64,000 nucleotides of DNA from a bacterium (GCA_041946805.1 JBHGBC010000001.1:64001-128000); one strand, 5' to 3'; shown: positions 42,626 through 53,378, counted from the stretch's first letter. Numbers and translations: made by a program. The notes: a model not told the origin generated them from the letters alone.

Positions 42626-45600
42626 ATGAAAAAGAACTCTCCTCGTGTTTGGATCCTGGGTTTCTGCCTGACCGGAATCCTGGCTGGCATGGCGTGGCTC
42701 ACCGCCTCCTTCGCTCCCCCCACCCCGGCCCGGATCCTCTTCCAGATCTCCGCCGCGGAAAAAGCCCGGCTGCTTGCCGCGGCGAAACCGCCCCGTCCCG
42801 CGCCAGCGAACCAATTGCCTTCCAAATTTACAACCCCTCCGCAAAAGACACGTTCGGCTCAAGCCCCCGATCCGGCAACCGCCAAAGTATCCCTGGCCGG
42901 ACTCACGCCCAACCTTCCCCGGCCGCAAACCGTCCCGGCCATGCCGCCCGGCAATGCTCCGAACGCCGCTCCCCGGAAATTGCGGGGCCTGCCGCGCGGC
43001 AGCGGGCGAACGGTCCCCGATCCCTACCAGCAGCAAGCCATCGGCCGGCTGCTGGATCAATTGGGCCCGGAAGCGGATCTGCAAATGGACAATCTGAGCC
43101 GCACGCTGCGCTGCCTGCGCGGCGATCTCTCACGGGTGGTGGCCAATTCGGAAACCTACCGTCAGGCCCGTTCGCGGGGGGACTTCGGGGCGATGGCCCT
43201 GGCCCTGGCCGGCGAGCTGAACGTGGTGATGAACATCCGCGATCCCCGGGATGAATTTTCCACTGAAAAGGTGTCGCGCGACGAACTCGGCATGACCCAC
43301 GTTCTTTTGCAGCAGAAGTACAAAGACCTGCCCGTGTGGGGGGCGCAGGTGGGTGTTCATTTCAATCAAATGGACAATCCGATTCAAATTTCCGGCGTCT
43401 ACACGTCCACGCCGGTGTGGATGCCGGAACCGGCCCGCCGGATCGGTCCCCGGACCGCCATTCAAAAAGCCCAGGAAGAGTTACAGACTACCGGTCCCGG
43501 CCTGGTCCAACCCACGGCGGAACCGATGATCTACTGGGATCTCGACCGGGCGCCGGAAATGACGTACCGGGTTGATCTCACACCTTCCCTGGCCGCGCAT
43601 TGGCAGGTATTCGTCTCCATGGAATCGGGCCGGATCGTCCACAAACTCCAGGCCATCTGCTCCCAGGCCGCGACCGGCCAGTCGCCCGATCTCAACAACC
43701 AGCCCCGGACCGTGAACTGCTGGAACGATAACGGTGTCTATTACGCGATCGACACGTCGCGGCCGATTTACAATTCCCAGTCTCAGCCGCCGGTTTTCTC
43801 GAAAATACAGGGCGCTCTCATGGTTCTCGACGCACAGAACCAGGATGTAAGCACCTTGAATCAGATTCCCATCGCCCGGTCCTCGGACGTCAACCGATGG
43901 GATCCCACGGTGGTCAGCGTCTTGAGCAATTTTGCCACGGTGGAGGAATATTACCGCCAAACCTTCAATCGCAACTCGATCGACGGCAAGGGGATGAGCA
44001 TCGTGGGGATCGTCCATGCCCGATTCAAGGACGCCAATGGGAACCCGAACAGCGATAACGCGTTTTGGAGTTCCAGCCTCCAGATGATGATGTTCGGCGA
44101 CGGAGAACAAGATTTCAAAAATTTGCCGGAGGGTTTGGATGTCACCGGACATGAACTGACGCACGGTGTGATCAACCACTCGGCCAACTTGATCTACGAG
44201 AACCAATCCGGGGCTTTGAACGAGCACCTGGCCGATCTGTTTGGAACCATGGTGGATCCCGGTGACTGGCTGATCGGAGAAGATATCGTGGCGCGGGGCG
44301 AGGCCTTGCGGGATATGCAGGATCCCCACAACCCCAATGTGCAGTCACCTCAGCCCAAAATCATGGCGGAATATCAAAACCTGGCCAACACGCCGCAAAC
44401 CGACAACGGCGGCGTGCACGTCAATTCGGGCATCCCGAACTACATGTCCTACTTGCTGACGGATGGGCCCAACGGCGTCGGCCGCGACAAGTCCCAGCGG
44501 ATCCTCTATCGGGCCATGACGGAGTACCTGACCCAACGCTCGCAGTTCCTCGATTACCGGCGGGCCGTCCTGTCCGCCGCCAAGGACCTCTACGGAGACA
44601 ACAGCCCGGAAACCCAGGCAGTAAACAGCGCCTTCGACGCCGTGGGCATCGTGGATGGCGAAACGCCGGGACCCACCGAACCCACTCCCGCCCCCACCGG
44701 GCAGGAACAAGTGGTGTTTCTGGCCGCCGATCCCAATATCTTCCAGCAGAACGGCGAAATCCATTACCTGCTGGTCTTGTATGATAACGGCCAGTTCACG
44801 CTGGTTTCCCCCCGCTACGTGTCCAACACGCGCCCGGCGATCTCGGGTGATGGTTCGTTTGGGCTGTACGTGGATGAAACGCACAACCTCTACCTCACGG
44901 ATGGAATCAACGAACAGCTGATCCGGGGCCAGAACGACATCCGCACCATCGCCCTGTCCAAGGACCTCCGGTACGTGGCCTACACCACCACGCCGGAAGA
45001 CAACCTGATCCATGTGCGGAACATGAAAACCGGCGAGGAACGGACCGCCGAACTGAACATCCCCCGCGTGGACGGCAATCTCGAAGCGCTGGATTACGCC
45101 GACGTGCTGACCTTCAATCACCGCGGCGATTATCTGATCTTCGACGCCGTCCATAACGGCGTGTGGGGCCTCTACTCGCTGCGCGTGGTGGACCTGGCCG
45201 CGCAGCAGGTGGCGGCCAACACGCCCGGGGAACAGCTGGGCAATCCCATCTTCGCGAACTACAACGATTCGCTCCTCCTGGCCGATTATTTCGTGAGCCA
45301 GGGCGGCCAAACCGCGGTGGCCATGATCGCCCTGGATTTCGACACCAATCAAATGGGAATCCTGCAGGGAGGCTTGAACATCGCCGCCCATCCCACCTTC
45401 CGCGGCGATGACCAGCGCGTCGTCTTCCGGAGCGGCAACCCGGACCAGAACGCCTACTTTCTCTACGAAGCGGAACTGCAGGAGGGCGAGGTGGCGCTGA
45501 AACCCAATTCCCAGAAACAAATCGCCACATTCAATCTCCCCTTCTCCTACCCCATCGGCTTCCAGGTGGGAACCTACACGCCCGTGGAAGGCAAGATCGC

Positions 45601-46606
45601 CGTGCCCGATTCGATCACCTTCGCGGATACGCCGGTCCTTTCGGAAAGCCGGCAAGACTGCTCGATCCAAAACACGGGCAACGGCGACATTACGATCATT
45701 GGCATCGACGTGGAGGGCGATGACGCGGATTCGTTCCGTCACACGGGCATCAACCAGGTCATCGGCGCGGGAAAGGCGTTGACCTTCGAAGTGGTTTTCG
45801 CGCCACAACGCCCCGGGCTGCTCTCCGCCCGGCTGCGGGTGAAATCCACCGATTTCAACAATCCCGACGTCACCGTCCCGCTATCGGGAACCGGCGCGGC
45901 GGCGGCCATCACGCCCACGCCCACCCAAGTCCCACCCACGGCCACACCCACCAGCACGCCCACGGCTTCACCCACACTCCAGCCGCAGGCCACTCCCACG
46001 AAATCCCAGGAACCGGGGCCGACTCCGACACCCCAATCCGGGGGCGGCATCCTGGCCGTCTATGAATTCGATCAGGACACGCTCGAAGCGGACGGCTGGT
46101 TCGCGATTCCCGGGGGATTCAATACCGCCGATCCCGGGACCATCCAGCCGGCCCCGCTGATTTTCGGCCTTATCCCCTCCTCGCGGGACAAGAAGGGATT
46201 GGCGGTCACGGTCAGTCCGGGCCAGGTGGCGTTCCTGGCGGCCTCCTCGGCCCTGCCCACGGGCGGCAAACCCGTCCTATTGCGGATGACCGCGCAGGCC
46301 GACGCGCCCAACGCCTCGCTCTTCGTGGTCGCTCTCAAGGGCGGTTTGGCGGGCAACCAGGGCGTGGACGGCTCCCTGGCGTATCACAATCCGGTCAGCG
46401 CCGCGCAATACATGGAACGGGAACGAGTCTTCGTTTTGCTCTACGAACCGGATTCGGGCGACACCATCACGCCCATCATCCAGGTGGCGGGAACCGGACC
46501 GGGCGGCCCGGCGACGGTGTATATCGACAAGCTGGAAGTGTTGTCCCTCGATCCTGGGCAATCGTATCCGGGAGCATTGTTCCGTTCCGCGCCGGGAGCG
46601 GATTAA
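42626..46606 (+). CDS. Large secreted M4 (thermolysin-like) metallopeptidase with propeptide, beta-propeller-like region, Ig-like domain, PT linker and C-terminal unknown domain
   Basis: DELGMTHV (FTP), NAFW, HELTH, GALNE..AD, DNGGVHVNSGIPN; IQNTGNGD Ig-like motif; PTPT-rich linker at ~45910-46035. Confidence 0.92.
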   Translation: MKKNSPRVWILGFCLTGILAGMAWLTASFAPPTPARILFQISAAEKARLLAAAKPPRPAPANQLPSKFTTPPQKTRSAQAPDPATAKVSLAGLTPNLPRPQTVPAMPPGNAPNAAPRKLRGLPRGSGRTVPDPYQQQAIGRLLDQLGPEADLQMDNLSRTLRCLRGDLSRVVANSETYRQARSRGDFGAMALALAGELNVVMNIRDPRDEFSTEKVSRDELGMTHVLLQQKYKDLPVWGAQVGVHFNQMDNPIQISGVYTSTPVWMPEPARRIGPRTAIQKAQEELQTTGPGLVQPTAEPMIYWDLDRAPEMTYRVDLTPSLAAHWQVFVSMESGRIVHKLQAICSQAATGQSPDLNNQPRTVNCWNDNGVYYAIDTSRPIYNSQSQPPVFSKIQGALMVLDAQNQDVSTLNQIPIARSSDVNRWDPTVVSVLSNFATVEEYYRQTFNRNSIDGKGMSIVGIVHARFKDANGNPNSDNAFWSSSLQMMMFGDGEQDFKNLPEGLDVTGHELTHGVINHSANLIYENQSGALNEHLADLFGTMVDPGDWLIGEDIVARGEALRDMQDPHNPNVQSPQPKIMAEYQNLANTPQTDNGGVHVNSGIPNYMSYLLTDGPNGVGRDKSQRILYRAMTEYLTQRSQFLDYRRAVLSAAKDLYGDNSPETQAVNSAFDAVGIVDGETPGPTEPTPAPTGQEQVVFLAADPNIFQQNGEIHYLLVLYDNGQFTLVSPRYVSNTRPAISGDGSFGLYVDETHNLYLTDGINEQLIRGQNDIRTIALSKDLRYVAYTTTPEDNLIHVRNMKTGEERTAELNIPRVDGNLEALDYADVLTFNHRGDYLIFDAVHNGVWGLYSLRVVDLAAQQVAANTPGEQLGNPIFANYNDSLLLADYFVSQGGQTAVAMIALDFDTNQMGILQGGLNIAAHPTFRGDDQRVVFRSGNPDQNAYFLYEAELQEGEVALKPNSQKQIATFNLPFSYPIGFQVGTYTPVEGKIAVPDSITFADTPVLSESRQDCSIQNTGNGDITIIGIDVEGDDADSFRHTGINQVIGAGKALTFEVVFAPQRPGLLSARLRVKSTDFNNPDVTVPLSGTGAAAAITPTPTQVPPTATPTSTPTASPTLQPQATPTKSQEPGPTPTPQSGGGILAVYEFDQDTLEADGWFAIPGGFNTADPGTIQPAPLIFGLIPSSRDKKGLAVTVSPGQVAFLAASSALPTGGKPVLLRMTAQADAPNASLFVVALKGGLAGNQGVDGSLAYHNPVSAAQYMERERVFVLLYEPDSGDTITPIIQVAGTGPGGPATVYIDKLEVLSLDPGQSYPGALFRSAPGAD

Positions 46607-46626
46607 GACCGGGAAACACCCGTTGG

Positions 46627-46695
46627 CTAGGGGCGGCCGCCGGCCGCCCCTACAGGCTTTCCCTCACCCCCGCCCTCTCCCATAAAGGGAGAGGG
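46627..46695. repeat. GTAG-type hairpin plus inverted CCCTCTCCC REP between convergent genes
   Basis: TAGGGGCGGCCGCCGGCCGCCCCTA then CCCTCACCCCCGCCCTCTCCCATAAAGGGAGAGGG. Confidence 0.75.
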
Positions 46696-46701
46696 ACCGC
46701 A

Positions 46702-49700
46702 TCAATCCCGCAGATGCTTCATCTCGGTGCGCAGTTTCCAGAGTTTGTAAATGGCCGGGTAGATGAGCAGTTCCAGGATGAACGAAGTCGCCAGGCCGCC
46801 GATCATGGGCGCGGCGATCCGTTTCATCACGTCCGCCCCGGCCGAGGTGGACCACATGATCGGCAAGAGGCCCATGAAGGCCGAACAAACGGTCATGATC
46901 TTGGGCCGGGCGCGCTTGACCGCCCCGTGAATGATGGCTTCGTCCAGCTCGGCCCGCGAACGCAACAAGCCCCGGCGCTGGGCGTCATCGTAGGAGAGAT
47001 CGAGGAACAGGAGCATGAAGACCCCGGTTTCGGCGTCCAGCCCCAGGAGGGCGATCATCCCCACCCAGGCGGCGATGGAGACGTTGTAATCGAGAAAATG
47101 GAACAGCCAGATCGCGCCGATGGCCGAGAACGGCACGGCGAGCATCACCACGATGGCCTTGAACGCCGACTTGGTGTTGGCGTAGAGCAGCACGAAAATC
47201 AGGGCCAGGGTGATGGGCACGATCAGTTTCAAATGCTCGCGCACGCGCAGCATGTTTTCGTATTGCCCGCTCCACTGCAGCACGTAGCCGGTAGGCAGGG
47301 AGAGGTTGTCGCGCACCCGCTGCTTCGCCTCTTCCACGTAGCCGCCGATATCCCGCCCGGTGATATCGACATACACATACCCGGCCAGGAAGCCGTTTTC
47401 GTTGCGGAGCATCGAAGGCCCCTGCACCAGCTCGATGTCCGCCAGCTGCGCCAGGGGGATCTGCGCGCCCGTCCGCGTGGGGACCAGCACGCGCCGCAGG
47501 CGGGTGATGTCGTCGCGCAACTCGCGGGGATAGCGCAGGTTCACGGGATAGCGCTCGCGGCCTTCGATGGTGGTGGTGATGTTCTCGCCCCCGATGGCGC
47601 TGACGATGATCATCTGCAGTTCCTCGATGGTCAGCCCGTAGCGGGCCAACTGGTCGCGGCGGGGCACGAAATCGACGAAATACCCGCCCGCCACCCGCTC
47701 GGCGTACACGCTGCGCGTGCCGGGGATCTCCCGCAGCAAGGTTTCCAGCTCCGAGCCGATGCGCTCGATCTCCTTCAAGTTGCCGCCGAAGATCTTGATG
47801 CCGATGGGTGTGCGCACGCCGGTGGTCAGCATGTCGATGCGCCCCTTGATGGGCATCGTCCAGGCGTTGGTGGATCCGGGGATGCGTAGCGCCTGGTCCA
47901 TCTCGCCGATGAGTTCCTCCCACGAGATCCGGTCGGGCCAGATGGGCCGTAAAAACGGCTTGAGCCACTCGGGGGCGCGGTGGGTGTGCCACTGTTCCTT
48001 GGGGCGCCATTGGTCCTCGGGCTTGAGGATCACCGTGGTCTCCATCATCGAGAAGGGGGCGGGATCGGTGGAGGTGTCGGCGCGGCCCGCCTTGCCGAAG
48101 ACGCGCTCCACCTCAGGGAACGCGCGCAGGATGCGGTCCTGGGTTTGCATCAGTTCCTGCGCTTGGGTTACGGAGATACCAGGCAGGGTGGTGGGCATGT
48201 AGAGGATGGTGCCCTCGTTGAGGGGCGGCATGAATTCGGATCCCAGTTCAAAATACCACGGCAGGCTGGCGGCCACGAGCAGCAACGCCGCGAGAATCGT
48301 CAGGCGGGGAAAACGGAGCACCAGGCGGCAGGCCGGTTCATAGAAAAAATGAATCACGCGGCTGATGGGATGGCGCTCTTCGGGGTAATACGTCCCCACC
48401 GCCGCCTTGGTGAACAGCCAGGCCAGCCAGCGGGGCCGGAAGGTGAAGGGATCCATGCGGGTGAAGAGCATGCGCAGGGCGGGATCGAGCGTCACCGCCA
48501 GCCCCGCGGCGATGGCCATGGCCAGGTTCTTGGAGATGGCCAGGGGCATGAAGAGGCGGCCCTCCTGCTCGACCAGGGCGAAGATGGGCAAAAAGGCCAC
48601 GGCGATGACCAGCAGCGAGAAGAACACCGAGGGCCCCACTTCCTTCAACGCTTCCAGGCGGACTTCGTGAAAGTCGCCTTTCCGTCCTTCGGCCTGCCAG
48701 TGATACAACTTGTTGTAGGCGTTCTCGACCTCCACGATCGCGCCGTCCACCAGCACGCCGATGGAGATGGCGATGCCCGCCAGCGACATGATGTTCACCG
48801 TCACGCCCAGGTAATACAGCGGGATGAACGACAGCAGCACCGCCACCGGGATGGTGACGATGGGCACGATGGCGGAGGGGATATGCCACAGGAAAATCAA
48901 GATGACGAGGGAGACGATGATCATCTCCAGCGTCAACTCGTGCTTGAGGGTGTCGATGGCGCGCTGGATCAGATCGGCGCGGTCGTAGGTGGTGACGATC
49001 TCCACGCCCGCGGGCAGTGACGTCTCCAGTTCGTGCAATTTCTGCTTGACCCTTCCGATCACGTTCAGGGCGTTCTCGCCGTGGCGCATGACCACGATCC
49101 CGCCCACGTGATCGCCCAGCCCGTCCAGGTCGGAGATGCCCCGGCGGATTTCCGGCCCCAGCTCAACGCGGGCGATGTCCCGCAACAGCACCGGCACGCC
49201 GCCCGGCGTGGCCTTCACCACGATCTGCTCGAAATCCTCGATGGAGCGGGCGTAGCCCCGGCCCCGCACCATGTATTCCTTGCCGCTGAACTCCAGCAGC
49301 CGCCCCCCCACCTCGTTGTTGGAGCGGCGGATGGCCTCGACCACCTCATCCAGGGGCAATTGGTAGCTGACCAGCCGGTTGGGATCCACGGTGATCTGGT
49401 ATTGCTTGATGAATCCTCCGATGGCGGCCACCTCGGCCACCCCCGGCACGGACTGCAGGGCGTAGCGGAGGGTCCAATCCTGGTACGAGCGCAATTGGTC
49501 CAGCGAATGGGTTCCCGAATGATCCACCAAGGCATACTGGAAGATCCAGCCCACGCCGGTGGCGTCCGGGCCGATTTCGGTCTGCACGCCCTCGGGCAGG
49601 CGGGGCGTGATCTTCGAAAGATATTCCAGCACGCGCGACCGCGCCCAGTACATGTCGGTCCCGTCCTGGAAGATGACGTAGACATACGAGAAGCCGAAAT

Positions 49701-49956
49701 CGGAGAAGCCGCGGATGGCCTTGACGTTCGGCGCGCCCAGCAACGCGGTGATGATGGGGTAGGTCACCTGGTCCTCGATGATGTCCGGCGAGCGGTCCCA
49801 GCGGGAATAGATGATGACCTGGGTATCGGACAGGTCGGGTAGCGCGTCGAGGCGGATCTCTTCCAGCAGATACACCGCCAGCACCGACAGGGCGATCCCC
49901 CCCAGCAGCACCAGGTACTTGTTATGGGCCGAATATTCGATGATGGATTTGATCAT
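46702..49956 (-). CDS. cusA: CusA-type heavy-metal RND efflux pump
   Basis: LDALPDLSDTQVI, GPDATGVG, NIMSLAGIAISIGVLVDGAIV, EFMPPLNEG, DPAPFSMMET, KRIAAPMIGG. Confidence 0.95.
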   Translation of the reverse strand: MIKSIIEYSAHNKYLVLLGGIALSVLAVYLLEEIRLDALPDLSDTQVIIYSRWDRSPDIIEDQVTYPIITALLGAPNVKAIRGFSDFGFSYVYVIFQDGTDMYWARSRVLEYLSKITPRLPEGVQTEIGPDATGVGWIFQYALVDHSGTHSLDQLRSYQDWTLRYALQSVPGVAEVAAIGGFIKQYQITVDPNRLVSYQLPLDEVVEAIRRSNNEVGGRLLEFSGKEYMVRGRGYARSIEDFEQIVVKATPGGVPVLLRDIARVELGPEIRRGISDLDGLGDHVGGIVVMRHGENALNVIGRVKQKLHELETSLPAGVEIVTTYDRADLIQRAIDTLKHELTLEMIIVSLVILIFLWHIPSAIVPIVTIPVAVLLSFIPLYYLGVTVNIMSLAGIAISIGVLVDGAIVEVENAYNKLYHWQAEGRKGDFHEVRLEALKEVGPSVFFSLLVIAVAFLPIFALVEQEGRLFMPLAISKNLAMAIAAGLAVTLDPALRMLFTRMDPFTFRPRWLAWLFTKAAVGTYYPEERHPISRVIHFFYEPACRLVLRFPRLTILAALLLVAASLPWYFELGSEFMPPLNEGTILYMPTTLPGISVTQAQELMQTQDRILRAFPEVERVFGKAGRADTSTDPAPFSMMETTVILKPEDQWRPKEQWHTHRAPEWLKPFLRPIWPDRISWEELIGEMDQALRIPGSTNAWTMPIKGRIDMLTTGVRTPIGIKIFGGNLKEIERIGSELETLLREIPGTRSVYAERVAGGYFVDFVPRRDQLARYGLTIEELQMIIVSAIGGENITTTIEGRERYPVNLRYPRELRDDITRLRRVLVPTRTGAQIPLAQLADIELVQGPSMLRNENGFLAGYVYVDITGRDIGGYVEEAKQRVRDNLSLPTGYVLQWSGQYENMLRVREHLKLIVPITLALIFVLLYANTKSAFKAIVVMLAVPFSAIGAIWLFHFLDYNVSIAAWVGMIALLGLDAETGVFMLLFLDLSYDDAQRRGLLRSRAELDEAIIHGAVKRARPKIMTVCSAFMGLLPIMWSTSAGADVMKRIAAPMIGGLATSFILELLIYPAIYKLWKLRTEMKHLRD

Positions 49957-50026
49957 GGGTTAATCCAATGCGATGAATTGCTGTATTACGCCATGGATGA
50001 CATGCGTTTCAGGCGCCTGGCTTCTA

Positions 50027-50054
50027 GTAGGGGCACGTTGCAACGTGCCCCTGC
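50027..50054. repeat. GTAG-type REP hairpin inside the cus operon
   Basis: GTAGGGGCACGTTGCAACGTGCCCCTGC; related copy near 22708-22735. Confidence 0.7.
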
Positions 50055-50082
50055 TTACTTGACGGGATATTTTTTTATTCCC

Positions 50083-51783
50083 TCACATCCCACCACCCAT
50101 CCCCTGGATCGCGGCGCGCAGGCGGGATTCGGAATCGATCAGGAAATTCGCCTTGACCACCACGTTCTCACCGGGCTGGACACCGGACAGGATCTGCGCC
50201 TGGCCGCCGCCGCGGATGCCCACTTTCACGTCGCGCGGCTGCAACCGCCCATCATCCTGCCGCACGAAAACCACCTGGCGCAGGCCGGTGTCCATCACCG
50301 CCGAATCGGGGACCACGACCGACTCGGGCGTGTCGATCTGCAATGTGACATCCACGTACATGGACGGTTTGAGCGCCAGGGTGGGATTGGCGAAATCCAG
50401 GCGGACCTTCAAGGTCCGGCTTTCGGGATTCAGGTAGGGATAGATATAGGCCACGCGGCCTTTCAGCTCGACAGTGGGATCGTAAGGAAGCGTCAGCGTG
50501 GCCTCCTGTCCCACGCGGACCGCCCGGGCCTCGTACTCGTAGAAATCGGCCTCGATCCAGACGTGCGAAAGATCGGTGATGACGAACAGCTCCATGCCCG
50601 GCTCGACCTGGTGGCCCTCGTAGATGTCCTTGGAAGTGACGAAGCCGGAGACGGGGGCGTTGAGGACCACCGCGCGCTGGGGCTTGCCGGCGCGGGTGAG
50701 TTTCCCGATGAAATCCTGGGGCACGTCGAACAGTTCCAACCGCCGCCGCGAGGCCTCCAATAGATCTTCTCCCCCTTTCCGGACTTCGGTGATTCGCGAG
50801 TTCTGAAACCGCTTGTGGATTTCCAACGCGCGCAAAAATTCCTCCTGCGTGGCCAGCAACTCGGGCGAATAGATGGACAGGATCGGTTCTCCCTTCTTCA
50901 CGGCCTGCCCGGTGAAGTTGGCGTAGAGTTTCTCGACGAAGCCGGCGATCTTGGTGTGCACGTGCCGGACGCGGGTTTCATCGGCGAGCACCGCGCCCAC
51001 CGTGCGGGTGGTGAAACGCAGCTTTTCCGGCGTGGCGGCGACGATCTGCACGCCCGCCAGCCGGAGGGATTCCTCCGTCAGTTGAAGGGGGGCCAGGTCT
51101 TCAGGCGCGCCAGTGGCCGTCGCGGTCTGGGACGGTTCGTCCGCGTACACGGGGATGAAATCCATGCCCATGCTGTCCTGGGCCGGGACGGGGGACGTGA
51201 CCGCGGGATCCATCGGGCTGCGGTAATAAAGGATCTTGCGTTCCGAGGCGCGCGCCGCCGCGCCCGTGGATGGCGGCCCGGCGGCAGGTGTGGGTGTGGG
51301 ATGCTCAGGGCCTGAAGCGGGTAGGGCCGGTTCGGAGGCGGATGGAGTGGGGGTGGCCTTGACCTCGACCAGCTTCATGCCGCATTTGGGGCACCGGGCG
51401 TTGGGATCATGCAAGAGAACCTCGGGGTGCATGGGGCACGTGTAGAGCGGCTCGGGAAAGGGCTGGTTGGCCTGTTCAATCGGAACCAGCTTCATCCCGC
51501 ACAAGGAGCAGCGCTCGCCGGGCTTGTCCGAGGTGATTTCGGGATGCATCGGGCAGACGTACTTGGGCGCCACGGTGGGCGCGGTCTTGGTTTCGATGGG
51601 CACCAGGCGCATGCCGCAGATGGGGCAATCGCCGGGCCGGTCGGAAATGTAGGTCGGGTGCATGGGGCAATGATATTGCTTCCCCGCTTCTTCCTTGGAT
51701 CCGCAGCCGGTCAATCCGGCCAGCATCGATCCGATGAGCAGGAGAAATATAAGGAATGGAATTCTCTTTCTGCCTGTATTCAT
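50083..51783 (-). CDS. cusB: CusB-type membrane fusion protein with three YxCPMH heavy-metal-binding domains
   Basis: Lipobox LTGC; YHCPMHP, YVCPMHP, YTCPMHP; YYRSPMDP..DSMGMD; IYSPELL..QEE; FLIDSES; ATGA overlap with upstream gene. Confidence 0.92.
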   Translation of the reverse strand: MNTGRKRIPFLIFLLLIGSMLAGLTGCGSKEEAGKQYHCPMHPTYISDRPGDCPICGMRLVPIETKTAPTVAPKYVCPMHPEITSDKPGERCSLCGMKLVPIEQANQPFPEPLYTCPMHPEVLLHDPNARCPKCGMKLVEVKATPTPSASEPALPASGPEHPTPTPAAGPPSTGAAARASERKILYYRSPMDPAVTSPVPAQDSMGMDFIPVYADEPSQTATATGAPEDLAPLQLTEESLRLAGVQIVAATPEKLRFTTRTVGAVLADETRVRHVHTKIAGFVEKLYANFTGQAVKKGEPILSIYSPELLATQEEFLRALEIHKRFQNSRITEVRKGGEDLLEASRRRLELFDVPQDFIGKLTRAGKPQRAVVLNAPVSGFVTSKDIYEGHQVEPGMELFVITDLSHVWIEADFYEYEARAVRVGQEATLTLPYDPTVELKGRVAYIYPYLNPESRTLKVRLDFANPTLALKPSMYVDVTLQIDTPESVVVPDSAVMDTGLRQVVFVRQDDGRLQPRDVKVGIRGGGQAQILSGVQPGENVVVKANFLIDSESRLRAAIQGMGGGM

Positions 51784-53150
51784 GGGCGCGTCTCTCCATT
51801 CAGGGAGCGAAGTTCCCCATCCCGGGCGGCGGGCGAGGGACGGATCAGGTATTCGATTTCCGCCCAGGTGATGAAGCGGTCGGCCTCGCGCCGCCCCAGT
51901 TCCACCCGGGCTTCGAGCCAGAGGTTGAAGTCCTCGATGACGGTCGAGAAATCGCCGCGGCCCACCAGGTACGACGACCGGGCGGCGTCCAGCGCCGCGC
52001 TGGTCTGCGGAATGATGCCCTCGGTGTAGAGTTGGATCTGTCGGCCCGCCTTGGCCCATTCGGCGGCCAAGCGTTCGATCTCCGACCGTGTGGCGATTTC
52101 CGCTTCCCGCAGTTCGTGCCGGGCCATGTCTCGTTCCTGTTCGGCGGCGCGCAGCAGAGGTTTTTGCTTGTAATTTTTCCACAACGGCAACTCGATTCCC
52201 ACTTGCAGGGTCACGATATGGTCGAAGCCGCCGCGTGAAAACACACCCGCGCCCACGGTGAAGCCGGGATTTAAATCGGCGCGCGCGGCGTCCACTTTGC
52301 GTTCGGCCACCGTGACTTCCTTTTCCTTGATCCGGATTTCGGCGGCATTCGCCAAGGCTTGGGATTCCCAAGCCGGTTCGGGCAATGCGCTTTCGGGCAG
52401 GGTGTCCACTTTTCCGAGAGTCACGGGATCGCCGCGGCCCAACAGGCGGTTCAGGGCGGCGTTCAGGACGCGGCGCTCGGATTCCAGGTCCGTCTGCCGT
52501 TCGCCCAGCCGCGAGAGCTGCAGCTGCGCCTTGATCAACGCTTCCTGCTCGGTCTCCCCCGCGCTGTAGCGCATGGAAACCGTGGCCGTGAGCATGTCCA
52601 GCAGTTCCCGGCCCAGTTCCAGGGCTTGCCGTTCCTGATCGATCGCGTACAGGCGGGCATATACCATCCGGACCTGCGACACGAGTCGGCGGCGGACCTC
52701 CTCGAGTTCCGCCGCGCGCACCGGCGCCACCGCGCGGGCCGCTTCCCGGCGCGCCTTCAATTTGCCGGGAAAGAGCAGCCCCTGCGAGATCCGCACCCCA
52801 GCCATCGACATTTCCTCATCCCCCACGGTGAGGCTGGGAAAATTCACGTCGGTCAGTTCGAACTCCACCATCGGGTCGGGCAGCGCGCCTTCGGGGGCGG
52901 TCATCTCCTCCGCGGCGTGTATGCGGCTGGTCATGACCGACACCGAGGGATTGTTGGCCAGAGCCTCCCGGACCAGGTCCTCCACCGGCGGCGCCTGGTC
53001 ATCCAGAAAAGGGGTAGCGGACACGGCCGGACCCGCGGGAACCGGCGCGAGCGGGAGTTCGGCCTCTGGGGCCCCGGCGGCCCCGGCGCGCCAAGACATC
53101 AGGACCAGGCACCCCAGCCCCACACACGCGGCGTATAGGAATCGGCGCAC
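51780..53150 (-). CDS. TolC-family outer-membrane efflux protein
   Basis: Signal peptide, ALANNP, ALPDP, SQGLLFPGKL, IELPLW, IIPQ...A..SY.VG; GTG start. Confidence 0.9.
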   Translation of the reverse strand: MRRFLYAACVGLGCLVLMSWRAGAAGAPEAELPLAPVPAGPAVSATPFLDDQAPPVEDLVREALANNPSVSVMTSRIHAAEEMTAPEGALPDPMVEFELTDVNFPSLTVGDEEMSMAGVRISQGLLFPGKLKARREAARAVAPVRAAELEEVRRRLVSQVRMVYARLYAIDQERQALELGRELLDMLTATVSMRYSAGETEQEALIKAQLQLSRLGERQTDLESERRVLNAALNRLLGRGDPVTLGKVDTLPESALPEPAWESQALANAAEIRIKEKEVTVAERKVDAARADLNPGFTVGAGVFSRGGFDHIVTLQVGIELPLWKNYKQKPLLRAAEQERDMARHELREAEIATRSEIERLAAEWAKAGRQIQLYTEGIIPQTSAALDAARSSYLVGRGDFSTVIEDFNLWLEARVELGRREADRFITWAEIEYLIRPSPAARDGELRSLNGETRP

Positions 53151-53219
53151 GGCAGGAACCTCACAGGATTCGGTTTTTCTTAATGCAATGGTATTTTAAC
53201 CGGGATCTTCCTAGATTGT

Positions 53220-53378
53220 GTTGAGCTGGTTCAAAACAGCCTGAAATAACCATTGGCAAGAGTTGCCCGGTTGCTGGGATATTCTGTATGACGCCCTTTC
53301 AGGGCTTCCCTCACCCTAATCCTCTCCCAGAGGGAAGTGATTCACTGGGTCCCCCCCAGGGCTGAAGCCCTGGGCTAG
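53220..53378 (-). repeat. Composite repeat; uninterrupted (empty-site) homologue of 17625-18110
   Basis: Reverse complement reads CCCAGGGCTTCAGCCCTGGG...TCCCTCTGGGAGAGGATTAGGGTGAGGGAAGCCCTGAAAGGGCG. Confidence 0.8.

Noticed and set aside
53253..53266. TGGCAAGAGTTGC as a sigma54 promoter
   Set aside because: GG-GC spacing is 8 rather than 10, it faces away from tolC, and it lies inside a repeat
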